A stretch of 64,000 bases of DNA from Myxococcota bacterium (GTDB taxonomy: Bacteria; Myxococcota_A; Polyangia; Polyangiales; Sandaracinaceae): assembly GCA_036149055.1 (NCBI GenBank), contig JAYZQJ010000033.1, positions 96,001 to 160,000 on the forward strand, written 5' to 3'. The notes below the pieces were generated by a model. It saw only the letters and a list, made by a program, of their open reading frames with translations, ran no database searches and had not been told where the DNA came from. Both the position numbers and the translations under genes were made by a program. This document shows positions 11,575-22,445 of this stretch, piece after piece. Every line of letters starts with the position of its first letter. Positions within the stretch are counted from its first letter, which is position 1.

Positions 11575-12915
11575 GTGCCCGACCCCGTCCCTCATCTCCG
11601 CGCCGCCCTCCGCGAGGTCGTGGGGGCCGCCCTGGTCCTCGACGCGCAGCTCCGGATCGTCGCCTTCACCGACGAGGCGGTGGGCGTGCTCGACGTCACC
11701 CCGGAGCTCGGCGTCCCCGCGCCCAAGCTCCTCTGCGGGCACGGCGAGCAGCGCCCGCTCGCCGAGGCGCTCGCCCAGGGCCAGGCGGTCACCGCCGAGA
11801 TCCTCCGGCCGACGAAGGACGGCGCCCACCGCAGCGTGAGGGTGCGCGCGAGCCCGATCGCGGTCGGCGACGGTCAGGGCTTCCTGCTGCTGCTCGACGA
11901 CGACCTGTGGCAGGCCGAGCGCGCCGACGCGCCGATCGAGAGCTGGGGCATCGTCACCCGCGACGCCGGCATGAAGCAGCTCCTCCGCGACGTGCGCAAG
12001 GTGGCCGGCTCGAGCGCGAGCGTGCTCGTCCGGGGCGAGACCGGCAGCGGCAAGGAGCTGATCGCGCGCGCGATCCACCTCGCCTCGGCGCGCGCCGCCG
12101 GGCCCGTCCGCGCCATCAACTGCGCGGCGCTCCCGGCGAGCATCCTCGAGAGCGAGCTGTTCGGGCACGCGCGCGGCGCGTTCACCGGCGCGGTCCGGGA
12201 CGCGCCCGGGCACTTCAAGCTCGCCGACGGAGGCACCCTCTTCCTCGACGAGGTGGCGGAGCTTCCTCTCGAAGTGCAAGCGAAGCTGCTGCGCGTGCTC
12301 CAGGACAAGACCGTGATCCCGGTGGGCGGCGCCGACCCGGTCCCGGTCGACGTGCGCATCGTCTCGGCGACCCACCGGGCGCTGCGGCGCGAGGTCGAGG
12401 AGGGGCGGTTCCGCGCCGACCTGCTCTACCGCCTGCGCGTGATCCCGCTCTTCCTCCCCACGCTCCGGCAGCGGCCGGCCGACGTGGAGCTGCTCGCCTG
12501 GCACTTCCTCGAGCAGCGCGCCGCCGAGGAGGGAGGCCGCGCCATCCAGCGCATCACGCCGGGCGCGCTCGCCGCGCTGACCGACTACGACTGGCCGGGC
12601 AACGTGCGCGAGCTGCAGAACGTGATCGAGTACGCGACCGTCATGGGCGAGGGCCCGGTGCTCGCCGAGAGCGACCTGCCCCCCGAGGTGCGCGGCGAGG
12701 AGCGAGGCCCGCGGGTGACCCGCCCCGATCCCGGGCTGACCGCGCTCCGGGCCGAGCTGCCGCCGGAGGCGCGCCGCTACCTGACCGCGCTCGAGCGCTC
12801 CGGCGGGCACATGGGGCGCGCCGCGCAGTCCCTCGGCATCAGCCGCACCACGCTGTGGCGCAAGCTCAAGAAGCACGGCCTCGACCGGGACACCCTCGAG
12901 GCGGGGGAGGACTGA
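11575..12915 (+). CDS. Sigma54-dependent transcriptional activator (PAS-like, AAA+, Fis HTH)
   Basis: GETGSGKE, ESELFGH, GAFTGA, LFLDEV, WPGNVRELQN, LGISRTTLWRKLK. GTG start chosen just after TATGAT (11563-11568). Confidence 0.93.
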   Translation: MPDPVPHLRAALREVVGAALVLDAQLRIVAFTDEAVGVLDVTPELGVPAPKLLCGHGEQRPLAEALAQGQAVTAEILRPTKDGAHRSVRVRASPIAVGDGQGFLLLLDDDLWQAERADAPIESWGIVTRDAGMKQLLRDVRKVAGSSASVLVRGETGSGKELIARAIHLASARAAGPVRAINCAALPASILESELFGHARGAFTGAVRDAPGHFKLADGGTLFLDEVAELPLEVQAKLLRVLQDKTVIPVGGADPVPVDVRIVSATHRALRREVEEGRFRADLLYRLRVIPLFLPTLRQRPADVELLAWHFLEQRAAEEGGRAIQRITPGALAALTDYDWPGNVRELQNVIEYATVMGEGPVLAESDLPPEVRGEERGPRVTRPDPGLTALRAELPPEARRYLTALERSGGHMGRAAQSLGISRTTLWRKLKKHGLDRDTLEAGED

Positions 12916-12916
12916 G

Positions 12917-14578
12917 GTGCAGATCCTCGTCACCGGCGCGACGTCGGGCATCGGCGAGCACACCGTGCGGGCCCTGGCGAAGGACGGCCACCGGGTCTTC
13001 GCCACCGGTCGCTCGCCGGAGAAGCTCGAGCGCCTGCGGAGAGACGGCCTCGAGACCCTGCGGCTCGACGTCGCCGATCCGCGCTCGGTCGAGGAGGCGG
13101 CGGAGACCGTGCGGGCGCGCTGCGGCGCCCTCGACGTGCTGGTGAACAACGCCGGCTATGGCGAGATGGGCCCGCTCGAGGCGCTGCCGCCGGAGCGGGT
13201 CGAGGCGATGTTCGAGACGAACGTGCTCGGCGCCGCCCGCACCCTCCGGGCGTTCGCCCCGGCGATGCGGGCCCGACGTCGCGGCCGGATCGTGCAGATC
13301 TCGAGCGTGCTCGGGTCGATGTCGATGCCGGGCCACGGCGCGTACGCGGCGACGAAGCACGCGCTCGAGGCCATGAGCGCGGCGCTCCGGCTGGAGCTCG
13401 CGCCGTTCGGCGTCGGCGTGCACGTCATCGCGCCCGGCTCGATCGACACGGGCTTCGGGGGCGTGGCCTTCGGCGCGCTCGAGGCCCTCGACGGCGGCGA
13501 CTACGCGCCGATGGTCCGCGCCCTCCGCGCGCTCGAGCGACCCAACACCTGGATGAGCGCGGGCCCGGCGGTGGTGGTGGACGCGATCCGCCGCGTGATC
13601 GCGGGCCGGGGCGGGGCCCATCGGCACGCCCCGTCGCTCGCCGGCGTCCAGGCCGCCCTCGGACGCCACGCCGGGCCCCTCGTCGACGCCACCCTCGCTC
13701 GCGCCGCCGGGCTGCACCGCGTGGAGCGCCGCGCGCCTGCGCCCCGGGCCGCGGTCGCGGTGGTCACCGGCGCGGCCGGCGGGATCGGGCGCGCCGCGTC
13801 CTTCCGGCTCGCGCAGGCCGGCTTCTCGGTGGTGGCCACCGACGTGAACGAGGCGGCGCTCGCCGACGTGGCCCGAGCGGCGCGGGAGCAGCGCCTCGCG
13901 ATCGAGACGCGCCCCCTCGACGTGACCGACGCCGCGGCGGCGCGCCGGCTGGCGGACGCGCTCGGCCCGGTGGAGGTGCTGGTGAACAACGCCGGCTACG
14001 CGGAGCTCGGCCCGGTCGAGCTCGCGCCCGACGAGGCGTGGCGGGCCCAGCTGCGGGTGAACGTGCACGGCCTGCTCGGCGTCACCCGCGCGTTCGCGCC
14101 GGGCATGCGCGCCCGGGGCCGCGGCCGCGTCGTCAACGTCTCGAGCGTCGCCGGGATCATCGGCTTCCCGCTCATGGGCGTCTACTGCGCGAGCAAGCAC
14201 GCGGTGGAGGCGCTCACCGACGCGCTCCGGCTCGAGCTCGGCGCGTTCGGGATCGAGGTCTCCGCCGTGCAGCCGGCGTTCATCCGGAGCGGCTTCGCCG
14301 AGACCGCGAAGAAGACGATCGCGCGCTACGACCTCGCCTCGACGCCCTACGCGCCGGTGGCCGAGGAGATGGACGCGATCCTGGCCCGCCTCGACGCGGT
14401 GGGCGGCGAGCCGGACGACGTGGCCCGGGCGATCGTACGGGCGAGCCGGGAGCCCTCCCCGGCCCGGCGCTACCGCGCGCCCGCCTCCGCCGCGATCGCC
14501 GCGTCCGTGTTCCCGTGGCTGCCGACGGCGATGACCGACGCGGCGCTCGGCCGGATGTTCGCGCTCGAGCGGCTATGA
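12917..14578 (+). CDS. Tandem double-domain short-chain dehydrogenase/reductase
   Basis: Two full SDR units: TGATSGIG/NNAG/YAATK and TGAAGGIG/NNAG/YCASK. Confidence 0.9.
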   Translation: MQILVTGATSGIGEHTVRALAKDGHRVFATGRSPEKLERLRRDGLETLRLDVADPRSVEEAAETVRARCGALDVLVNNAGYGEMGPLEALPPERVEAMFETNVLGAARTLRAFAPAMRARRRGRIVQISSVLGSMSMPGHGAYAATKHALEAMSAALRLELAPFGVGVHVIAPGSIDTGFGGVAFGALEALDGGDYAPMVRALRALERPNTWMSAGPAVVVDAIRRVIAGRGGAHRHAPSLAGVQAALGRHAGPLVDATLARAAGLHRVERRAPAPRAAVAVVTGAAGGIGRAASFRLAQAGFSVVATDVNEAALADVARAAREQRLAIETRPLDVTDAAAARRLADALGPVEVLVNNAGYAELGPVELAPDEAWRAQLRVNVHGLLGVTRAFAPGMRARGRGRVVNVSSVAGIIGFPLMGVYCASKHAVEALTDALRLELGAFGIEVSAVQPAFIRSGFAETAKKTIARYDLASTPYAPVAEEMDAILARLDAVGGEPDDVARAIVRASREPSPARRYRAPASAAIAASVFPWLPTAMTDAALGRMFALERL

Positions 14579-15661
14579 GCGGCGCGTCTTGTAGCGGTGC
14601 CAGCCGAGCGCGACGGCGCAGGTGACCGCGAGGAGCAAGAGCGCCACCGCGATCGCCGCCGGCAGCGACAGCGCGTGGCCGATGACGCGGTACAGCCCCA
14701 CCCCGCCCGCGTAGAGCACGACGAGGTGGAACGCGTAGAGGGTCAGCGTCTCGCCCGCGAGGATCGACAGCCGGCGCGGGAGCCGCACGATCGGGCGCTC
14801 GGCGAAGGCGAGCAGCGCCACGAACGCGAGCACGACCGCGAGCTTGACGAGGTTGAAGCCGGGCAGCGCGTTGTGGTGCACGCCCGCCGGCGCGTCGCCG
14901 AGGCGCGCGAGGACCGCGAGGCCGCAGACCAGCGCGGCGCAGGCGAGGAGGCGCGGCAGCGGCAGGCGCGCGTCGGTCCGGGTGCCGTGCGGCAGCGCCA
15001 CCGCGCCGATCACCACGCCGGCGAAGACGTAGCCGGCCCACGGCGTCAGCGGGAAGAGCGAGCCGCCGCGGTGGGTGAGGTAGTTCAGCGCGAAGCGGAG
15101 CGGGCCGGCCGGCTCGATGGCGTCGGTGAGCGGGGCGGCGGCGAAGCACACCGCGGCGAGGAACGCGCTCAGCAGCACCACCTGACGCGGGCCGCGCGAG
15201 AGCACGGTGATCGCCTCGAGGAGCACGATGCAGAGACCGATGCACTGCAGCACGTCGGCGATGAGGAACTCGCGCACGGCCGCGTCGGCGTCCCCGAAGA
15301 ACAGCCCGGCCGGGAAGTGCAGCAGGTAGCCGACGAGCATCAGGAAGCCGCCGCGGCGGAAGCGCGCGATCACCTTGGCGCGGTCGCCGACGTGGGCGTC
15401 GAAGCGCGCGAGGGTCGAGAGGTGGAAGCTGAGGCCCGCGGCCACCATGAACGAGACGCTCGTCAGCCCGCGCACCCAGGTCCAGCCGTCGTAGACCGCG
15501 CCGCTCCGCAGCTCCTCGGCCAGGAGCGCGTCGATCGAGTGGCCGACGATCATCTGGAACGACGCCACCAGCCGCAGCAGATCCACGAAGTGGATCCGGC
15601 GGCCGCGCGCGCCCGAGGCGACGGAGGCGGCGTCGGCGGAGATGGCGAGGGCGCGGGCCAC
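14573..15661 (-). CDS. Membrane acyltransferase-like protein (HGSNAT/DUF1624-like)
   Basis: RIHFVDLLRLVA, DVLQCIG, SLFPLTPWAGY, TLYAFHL; many TM helices. Start approximate. Confidence 0.75.
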   Translation of the reverse strand: MARALAISADAASVASGARGRRIHFVDLLRLVASFQMIVGHSIDALLAEELRSGAVYDGWTWVRGLTSVSFMVAAGLSFHLSTLARFDAHVGDRAKVIARFRRGGFLMLVGYLLHFPAGLFFGDADAAVREFLIADVLQCIGLCIVLLEAITVLSRGPRQVVLLSAFLAAVCFAAAPLTDAIEPAGPLRFALNYLTHRGGSLFPLTPWAGYVFAGVVIGAVALPHGTRTDARLPLPRLLACAALVCGLAVLARLGDAPAGVHHNALPGFNLVKLAVVLAFVALLAFAERPIVRLPRRLSILAGETLTLYAFHLVVLYAGGVGLYRVIGHALSLPAAIAVALLLLAVTCAVALGWHRYKTRRS

Positions 15662-15750
15662 GGCACGCCGATCTAGCACGGGCGGGCCGGCTCGCAGCTG
15701 GCCCCGCGGCGTACTACCCTCGTGAGGTTCTTCTTGCTTGGGGGTGGACG

Positions 15751-16737
15751 ATGACCTGGACGCGATGGGGGCTGGTGCTCGGGCTGTGCGCGCTCGGAGC
15801 AGGCGCGGTCGGCTGCGGCGGAGAGTCGCCGGGGAGCGACGACGGAGGCGTGGACGCCTCGACCGGCATGGACGCGGCGCTCGCGCGCGACGCGGCCACC
15901 GAAGACGACGGCAGCCTGCCCGACGACGGCGGCCTGCCCGACGACGGCGCGACCCCGCCCGAGGACGGCGGCGGGATGGAGGACGCCTCGCGCCCCGACG
16001 ACGCCTCCGCGCCGACCGACGCGGGCGGCGCCTGCCGGACCGACGCGCAGTGCGGGGACACCGACTATTGCGCCAAGGCCGCCTGCGACGCCCGGACCGG
16101 CGCGTGCACGAGGAAGCCGACGATCTGCCCGGACGTGTTCGACCCGGTCTGCGGCTGCGACGGCCGCACCTACGGCAACGGCTGCGAGGCGGCCGCGGCC
16201 GGGGCGAACGTCGCCTCCCGCGGGGCCTGCGGGGCCCCGGACGCCGGCGCGCCCGACGGCGGCGGCGGCTGCTCGGACAACTCCGACTGCCCGCGCTCGG
16301 CGTACTGCGCGAAGGCGGCCGGGGACTGCCGCGGCGTGGGGACGTGCATGACGCGCCCCTCGATCTGCCCCAGCGTCTTCGACCCGGTGTGCGGCTGCGA
16401 CGGCATGACCTACTCGAACGCCTGCGTGGCCTCATCGAGCGGCGAGAACGTCGCGTCGCGCGGCGAGTGCGGCGGGACCATGTGCGCGCTCAGCCCGCGC
16501 ACGACCTGCTGCTTCGACGACGGCGACTGCGCCAGCCCGGGCGGCCCGTCGCGGCTGCGCTGCGAGGGCGCCGCGTGCAGCCCGGGCGGCGAGGGCACCT
16601 GCGTGGACGCCGCGCTCCCGCCGGGCCGCTGCTGGAACGACGGGGACTGCCCGGCCGGCAGCACCTGCATGAGCCCCAACCGCTGCCCCTGCGGCGCGCG
16701 CTGCCTCGTGCCCGACAGCCCGGGGACCTGTAGCTGA
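15751..16737 (+). CDS. Cys-rich lipoprotein with two Kazal-type domains
   Basis: Signal ending GAVGC; Asp/Gly linker; CPDVFDPVCGCDGRTYGNGC and CPSVFDPVCGCDGMTYSNAC. Confidence 0.85.
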   Translation: MTWTRWGLVLGLCALGAGAVGCGGESPGSDDGGVDASTGMDAALARDAATEDDGSLPDDGGLPDDGATPPEDGGGMEDASRPDDASAPTDAGGACRTDAQCGDTDYCAKAACDARTGACTRKPTICPDVFDPVCGCDGRTYGNGCEAAAAGANVASRGACGAPDAGAPDGGGGCSDNSDCPRSAYCAKAAGDCRGVGTCMTRPSICPSVFDPVCGCDGMTYSNACVASSSGENVASRGECGGTMCALSPRTTCCFDDGDCASPGGPSRLRCEGAACSPGGEGTCVDAALPPGRCWNDGDCPAGSTCMSPNRCPCGARCLVPDSPGTCS

Positions 16738-16741
16738 GACC

Positions 16742-18403
16742 ATGAGACGCGCCGTCCTCGCCCTCCTGCTCGCCAGCTGCGCCGGCCCGGGGCCGTCGTC
16801 GCTCCCGGTCTCGCTCACCGGGCGGCTCACCGACGCCTACTCGGGCGCGCCGGTCCCCGGCGCCAGGGTGAGCGCGCCGCGCGAGGGCGCGGTCGCCCTC
16901 ACCGACGCGCGCGGCCGCTTCCACCTCGAGGTGGGCCCCGGGCCGCACCGGCTCCGGCTCGAGGCCGACGGCTACCTGCCGGGCGAGCGGGTCGCCGCGC
17001 GGCCGGGAGACGAGGTCGAGGCGGTCGTCTTTCCGCGCGCCCCGGACCACGCCGCGATCGCGGCTCACTTCGCGACGCTCGCGCGCCCCGAGGACGCGCC
17101 CACCGAGCGTGCGGTCACCGGCGACGCGGCGGTCGAAGACGTGGGCGCGGCGGTCTGGGCGCACCACGACGGCCCTCGCCTCCCCGAGACCATCCGGGTC
17201 TGGCGGGCGGCGGGCACCGCGCTCCAGCCCCGCTCGCCGAGCTTCGCCGACCGCTCCTGCGACCCCGACGCCGTGGTCGAGGTGCTGCCCTTCGAGGAGT
17301 ACGTGAAGGGCGTGATCCCGCACGAGTGGATCCCCTCGTGGGACCCCGAGGCCTTGCGCGCCGGGGCCATCGCGGCCCGCAGCTACGCGGCGTCGCACGC
17401 GCTCGGCGGCGGTCGCTGGGACTGCGCCGACGTCGACGACGGCACGGTGACCCAGGTCTACCGCGACGACCGCGCGGAGCCGACCAACGCGGCGGTGGAC
17501 GCGACCCGAGGTCAGGTCGTGGTGCGCGACGGCGCCGTGGTGCGGGCGGAGTACAGCGCCGAGAACGGCGGCCGCACCGAGCACGACGTCGACGATCCGA
17601 CGTGCGCAGGCACCGACCGCCACGGGCACGGGCGCGGCATGTGCCAGTGGGGCACCCAGCGCTGGGCGACCGGGGTCTGCGCCAACCCGCCGTGCGACTT
17701 CGGCGCGTTCGGCCCCGAGCCGAAGGACCACCTCTGGATGGTCGAGCACTACTTCCCCGGCGCCACCGCCTCCGGCGGGCCCCACGAGGTCGAGCCGTGC
17801 GCGGTGCTGCCGCCCGAGGGCGGGGTGCTCGAGGAGAGCGGCCCGTGCTTCGAGGCCTTCGGGCCGGGAGAGTACTGGCGCTTCGAGAGCTTCGGTCACG
17901 GCGGCTCGCTCACCTGGACCAACGCCTACGAGTCGACGAGCCCGAGCAACTGGTCACGGTTCTCGCTCTTCTTCGCCGAGCCCGGTCGCTACCGGGTGGA
18001 GGTCTACGTGGAGCCCGGCTTCGGGGGGCACACCGCCATCCCCTACACGATCACGCACGCCGGCGGCGACGAGCGGCTCCTCTTCGACCAGCGCGCGGCC
18101 TCGGGCTGGGTGACGCTCGCGGAGCTCGACTTCGACGACGCGGGCGCGCTGCGCGTCGACGACCACACGGGCGGCCCGCTCGATGACGATCGACGCATCG
18201 CGCTCGACGCGGTGCGCCTCACCCGGCTCGACGGGCCGGGCGGCCCCGACGGGGGCGCCGGGGGGGCGCGCGGGGTCGGCGGCGGCCCGCTCGAGGCACG
18301 CGGCGGACGCGGGCTCGGCGGCTGCGCCGCGTCCGGTCGGGGCCCGGGAGTCGGGTGGCTGCCGGCGCTCGCGCTGCTCGCCTTGCTCCGGCGACGACGC
18401 TGA
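16742..18403 (+). CDS. SpoIID/LytB-domain peptidoglycan lytic enzyme, secreted, with MYXO-CTERM-like tail
   Basis: EEYVKGVIPHEW...EALRAGAIAARSYA and HGHGRGMCQWG; N-terminal carboxypeptidase-regulatory-like domain; C-terminus GGCAASG...WLPALALLALLRRRR. Confidence 0.85.
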   Translation: MRRAVLALLLASCAGPGPSSLPVSLTGRLTDAYSGAPVPGARVSAPREGAVALTDARGRFHLEVGPGPHRLRLEADGYLPGERVAARPGDEVEAVVFPRAPDHAAIAAHFATLARPEDAPTERAVTGDAAVEDVGAAVWAHHDGPRLPETIRVWRAAGTALQPRSPSFADRSCDPDAVVEVLPFEEYVKGVIPHEWIPSWDPEALRAGAIAARSYAASHALGGGRWDCADVDDGTVTQVYRDDRAEPTNAAVDATRGQVVVRDGAVVRAEYSAENGGRTEHDVDDPTCAGTDRHGHGRGMCQWGTQRWATGVCANPPCDFGAFGPEPKDHLWMVEHYFPGATASGGPHEVEPCAVLPPEGGVLEESGPCFEAFGPGEYWRFESFGHGGSLTWTNAYESTSPSNWSRFSLFFAEPGRYRVEVYVEPGFGGHTAIPYTITHAGGDERLLFDQRAASGWVTLAELDFDDAGALRVDDHTGGPLDDDRRIALDAVRLTRLDGPGGPDGGAGGARGVGGGPLEARGGRGLGGCAASGRGPGVGWLPALALLALLRRRR

Positions 18404-18441
18404 CCCTTCCCTCTCCGGCGTCACGACCCCATGCTCGCGCC

Positions 18442-19614
18442 ATGGTGGACGAAGAGGTGGACGGAGACGTGCTCGTGGTCGGCGCCGGCATCGGCGGTCT
18501 CGCGTTGGCGGCCGGGCTCGAGCGCGCCGGGATCCCCTACCGCGTGTTCGAGCGGGCCCCCGCGCTCGGCGAGATCGGCGCCGGGCTCGGCCTCTGGGCG
18601 AACGCGATCCGCGCGCTCGACACGCTCGGCGTGCCGCTCGGCTTCCTCGACGGAGGCGCCTCCACCGTCCAGCGCGGCGAGGCGGCCACCGCGTCGGGGT
18701 CGGTGCTCTCGGCCTTCGACGTCGCCGCGCTGAGCGCGGAGCTCGGCGCGCGCTCCCATGTCGTGCACAGGGGTGAGCTGCACGCGGCGCTCGCCGCGGC
18801 GGTGCCCGAGGCGCGCGTCACCCTCGGCGCCGAGTGCGCGGGGCTCGAGCCGGACGACGACGGCGTCACCGTGCGCTTCGCGGACGGGTCCGAGGCGCGC
18901 GGCGCGATCGTGGTCGGCGCGGACGGCCTGTGGTCCGCGGTGCGCGCCGCGGCGTTCGGCGACGCGCCCCCGGTCTACGCCGGCGAGACCTGCTACCGGG
19001 CGGTGGCCGCGCACGACGCCCCGGACCCCGACGTGCTGCGCGAGGTGCAGGGCCGCGGGCTGCGCTGCTGCGTGACGTCGCTGGGACCCGGGCGGGTCTA
19101 CTGGTGGGCCACCGAGCGCCGGGCCGAGGGCGACGTGGTGCCCGAGGCGGAGCGCAAGGCGCGCCTGACCGAGCTCTTCGCGGGCTTCGCCTTCGGCTTC
19201 CCGGAGGCGCTGGCCGCCACCGCGCCGGACGCGATCCTGCAGAACGACCTCTACGACCGACCGCCGCTGCCGCGCTGGAGCGCCGGCCGGGTCACGCTCC
19301 TCGGCGACGCCGCGCATCCCTCCACCCCGAACCTCGGCCAGGGCGCGTGCATGGCCATCGAGGACGCGGTGGTGCTCACCCGCGCGCTCGCGCGTCACGA
19401 CACGCCGCGGGACGCCTTCGCGGCCTACGAGGCGGAGCGCCGCGACCGCTGCTACGGCATCGTCAAGCAGTCGCGCACCCTCGGCCGGGTGGGGTCGTGG
19501 TCGAACCCGGCGCTGGTGGCCGTGCGCGAGGCGAGCATGCGGCTGACGCCGCGGTGGCTGATGACGCGCATGATGCGCGCGCAGATCGGCTACGACGCCG
19601 GCCCGCTCGCCTGA
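18442..19614 (+). CDS. FAD-dependent monooxygenase
   Basis: VVGAGIGGL, VGADGLWS, LLGDAAHPSTPNLGQGACMAIEDA. Confidence 0.92.
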   Translation: MVDEEVDGDVLVVGAGIGGLALAAGLERAGIPYRVFERAPALGEIGAGLGLWANAIRALDTLGVPLGFLDGGASTVQRGEAATASGSVLSAFDVAALSAELGARSHVVHRGELHAALAAAVPEARVTLGAECAGLEPDDDGVTVRFADGSEARGAIVVGADGLWSAVRAAAFGDAPPVYAGETCYRAVAAHDAPDPDVLREVQGRGLRCCVTSLGPGRVYWWATERRAEGDVVPEAERKARLTELFAGFAFGFPEALAATAPDAILQNDLYDRPPLPRWSAGRVTLLGDAAHPSTPNLGQGACMAIEDAVVLTRALARHDTPRDAFAAYEAERRDRCYGIVKQSRTLGRVGSWSNPALVAVREASMRLTPRWLMTRMMRAQIGYDAGPLA

Positions 19615-19643
19615 ACGCGGAACGGCGTTAGGTTGAGTGGCGC

Positions 19644-20318
19644 ATGCGCAGGGCCGCCCCCATCGCCGCGCTCGTGCTCCTCGTCGCGAGCGTCGCCTCC
19701 GCCAACGCGACCGCTCCCGGCAGCCGGGGCGCGTCGCGGGTGATGGACGTGCTGGAGCACGTGCGCGAGAACCTCGAGGAGACCCGCTACTCGCATCAGC
19801 GGCGCGTGCGCGAGCACCGCGGCCAGTACTTCTTCGACTGCTCGGGCATGGTGCAGTGGGTGCTGTCGCGGGCGTCGCGCCGCAGCATGCTCGACCTCGA
19901 CGAAGGCGAGCGGCCGCTGGCGATCCACTTCGTCCGGCGCATCCGCCGCGCCCCCACCGACCGCTACCGCGCGGGCTGGCGCCGCATCGAGCGGCTGAGC
20001 GACGTGCGCCCCGGCGACGTCTTCGCCTGGCGCCGACCGGACGGCTTCCGCAGCCGGAACACCGGCCACGTCGGCTTCGTGGTCGCGCCGCCGCGCCGCT
20101 ACCAGGACACGTCGATCTACCTGCTCCGCCTCGCCGACGCCTCGCGCTACGTGCACCAGGACGACACCCGCCCGTGGCCCGGCCCCGGCGGGTTCGGACA
20201 CGGCACGATGGCGTTCCTCGCCGACGAGGAGGGCCGCCCGATCGGCTACGCCTGGGCCGGGCTCCACAGCCGCGGCTTCCGCGAGACCGAGATCGTCTTC
20301 GGCCGCCCCGGCCCGTAG
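19644..20318 (+). CDS. Secreted NlpC/P60-like (papain-fold) protein
   Basis: Signal peptide; FDCSGMVQWV catalytic-Cys motif; RPGDVF...TGHVGFV. Confidence 0.7.
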   Translation: MRRAAPIAALVLLVASVASANATAPGSRGASRVMDVLEHVRENLEETRYSHQRRVREHRGQYFFDCSGMVQWVLSRASRRSMLDLDEGERPLAIHFVRRIRRAPTDRYRAGWRRIERLSDVRPGDVFAWRRPDGFRSRNTGHVGFVVAPPRRYQDTSIYLLRLADASRYVHQDDTRPWPGPGGFGHGTMAFLADEEGRPIGYAWAGLHSRGFRETEIVFGRPGP

Positions 20319-20339
20319 ACGGCCGCGAAGCAGCCGGCT

Positions 20340-20446
20340 CCCGTGCCGGTGCCCGCGTGCGCAGCACGTTCATTTCCGGCCATCGGCGCCCTCGACGACC
20401 CGCGTCTCGTAGCGGGCACGGGCACGGGCACGGGCAGGGGCACGGG
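20340..20446. repeat. Intergenic GGGCAC hexamer array with inverted arm (REP-like hairpin)
   Basis: Five GGGCA(C/G) copies at 20414-20443. Left arm CCCGTGCCGGTGCCCGC (20340-20356) matches the reverse complement of 20412-20428 at 16/17. Confidence 0.75.
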
Positions 20447-20457
20447 TATCAGGGCGC

Positions 20458-20885
20458 TCACGCGCCCTGATGCCACCCCTCGATCGCGCCGAACACCCCA
20501 CGCAGCTGGTCGACCCGCGCGTCGCGCTGCTCGCCCAGGTAGGACAGCGGCGGGTGCGCGCCCCAGATCGCGCCCGGCCAGGCGTCGTCGCCCTCGAAGC
20601 GCGCGATGACGTGCACGTGGAGCTGCGGCACCGTGTTGCCGAGCGCGGCGACGTTCATCTTGTCGGCCGACAGCGCCGCCTGCATCGCCGCGGCGACCGC
20701 CGCCTGCTCCTCCATGAGGGTGGCGCGGTCCCGGACGGACAGCCCGTGGATCTCGCGCACGCCCTCGCGGCGCGGCACGAGGATCACCCAGGGATAGCGG
20801 CCGTCGAGGCAGAGCAGCACCCGACAGAGCGGCAGCTCGCCGAGGACCAGCGTGTCCGCCTCGAGGCGCGGGTGCAGCGCGAAGC

Positions 20886-20889
<4 letters not shown>
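20458..20889 (-). CDS. HIT family protein
   Basis: [29 protein letters not shown]; overlaps the cysS stop. Confidence 0.92.
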
Positions 20890-22388
<1,499 letters not shown>

Positions 22389-22445
22389 GAGCGCTGCTTA
22401 TCCGACCCCACCCGCCTGTCAAGCCGCACCCGCCTCGAGGCCGGG

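Noticed and set aside
8908..13149. 1413-aa minus-strand ORF, and many other long overlapping ORFs (e.g. 24661-28095, 35031-38702, 56824-60414)
   Set aside because: Shadow frames caused by very high GC and few stop codons. They are Arg/Ala/Pro-rich, lack motifs, and overlap well-supported genes.
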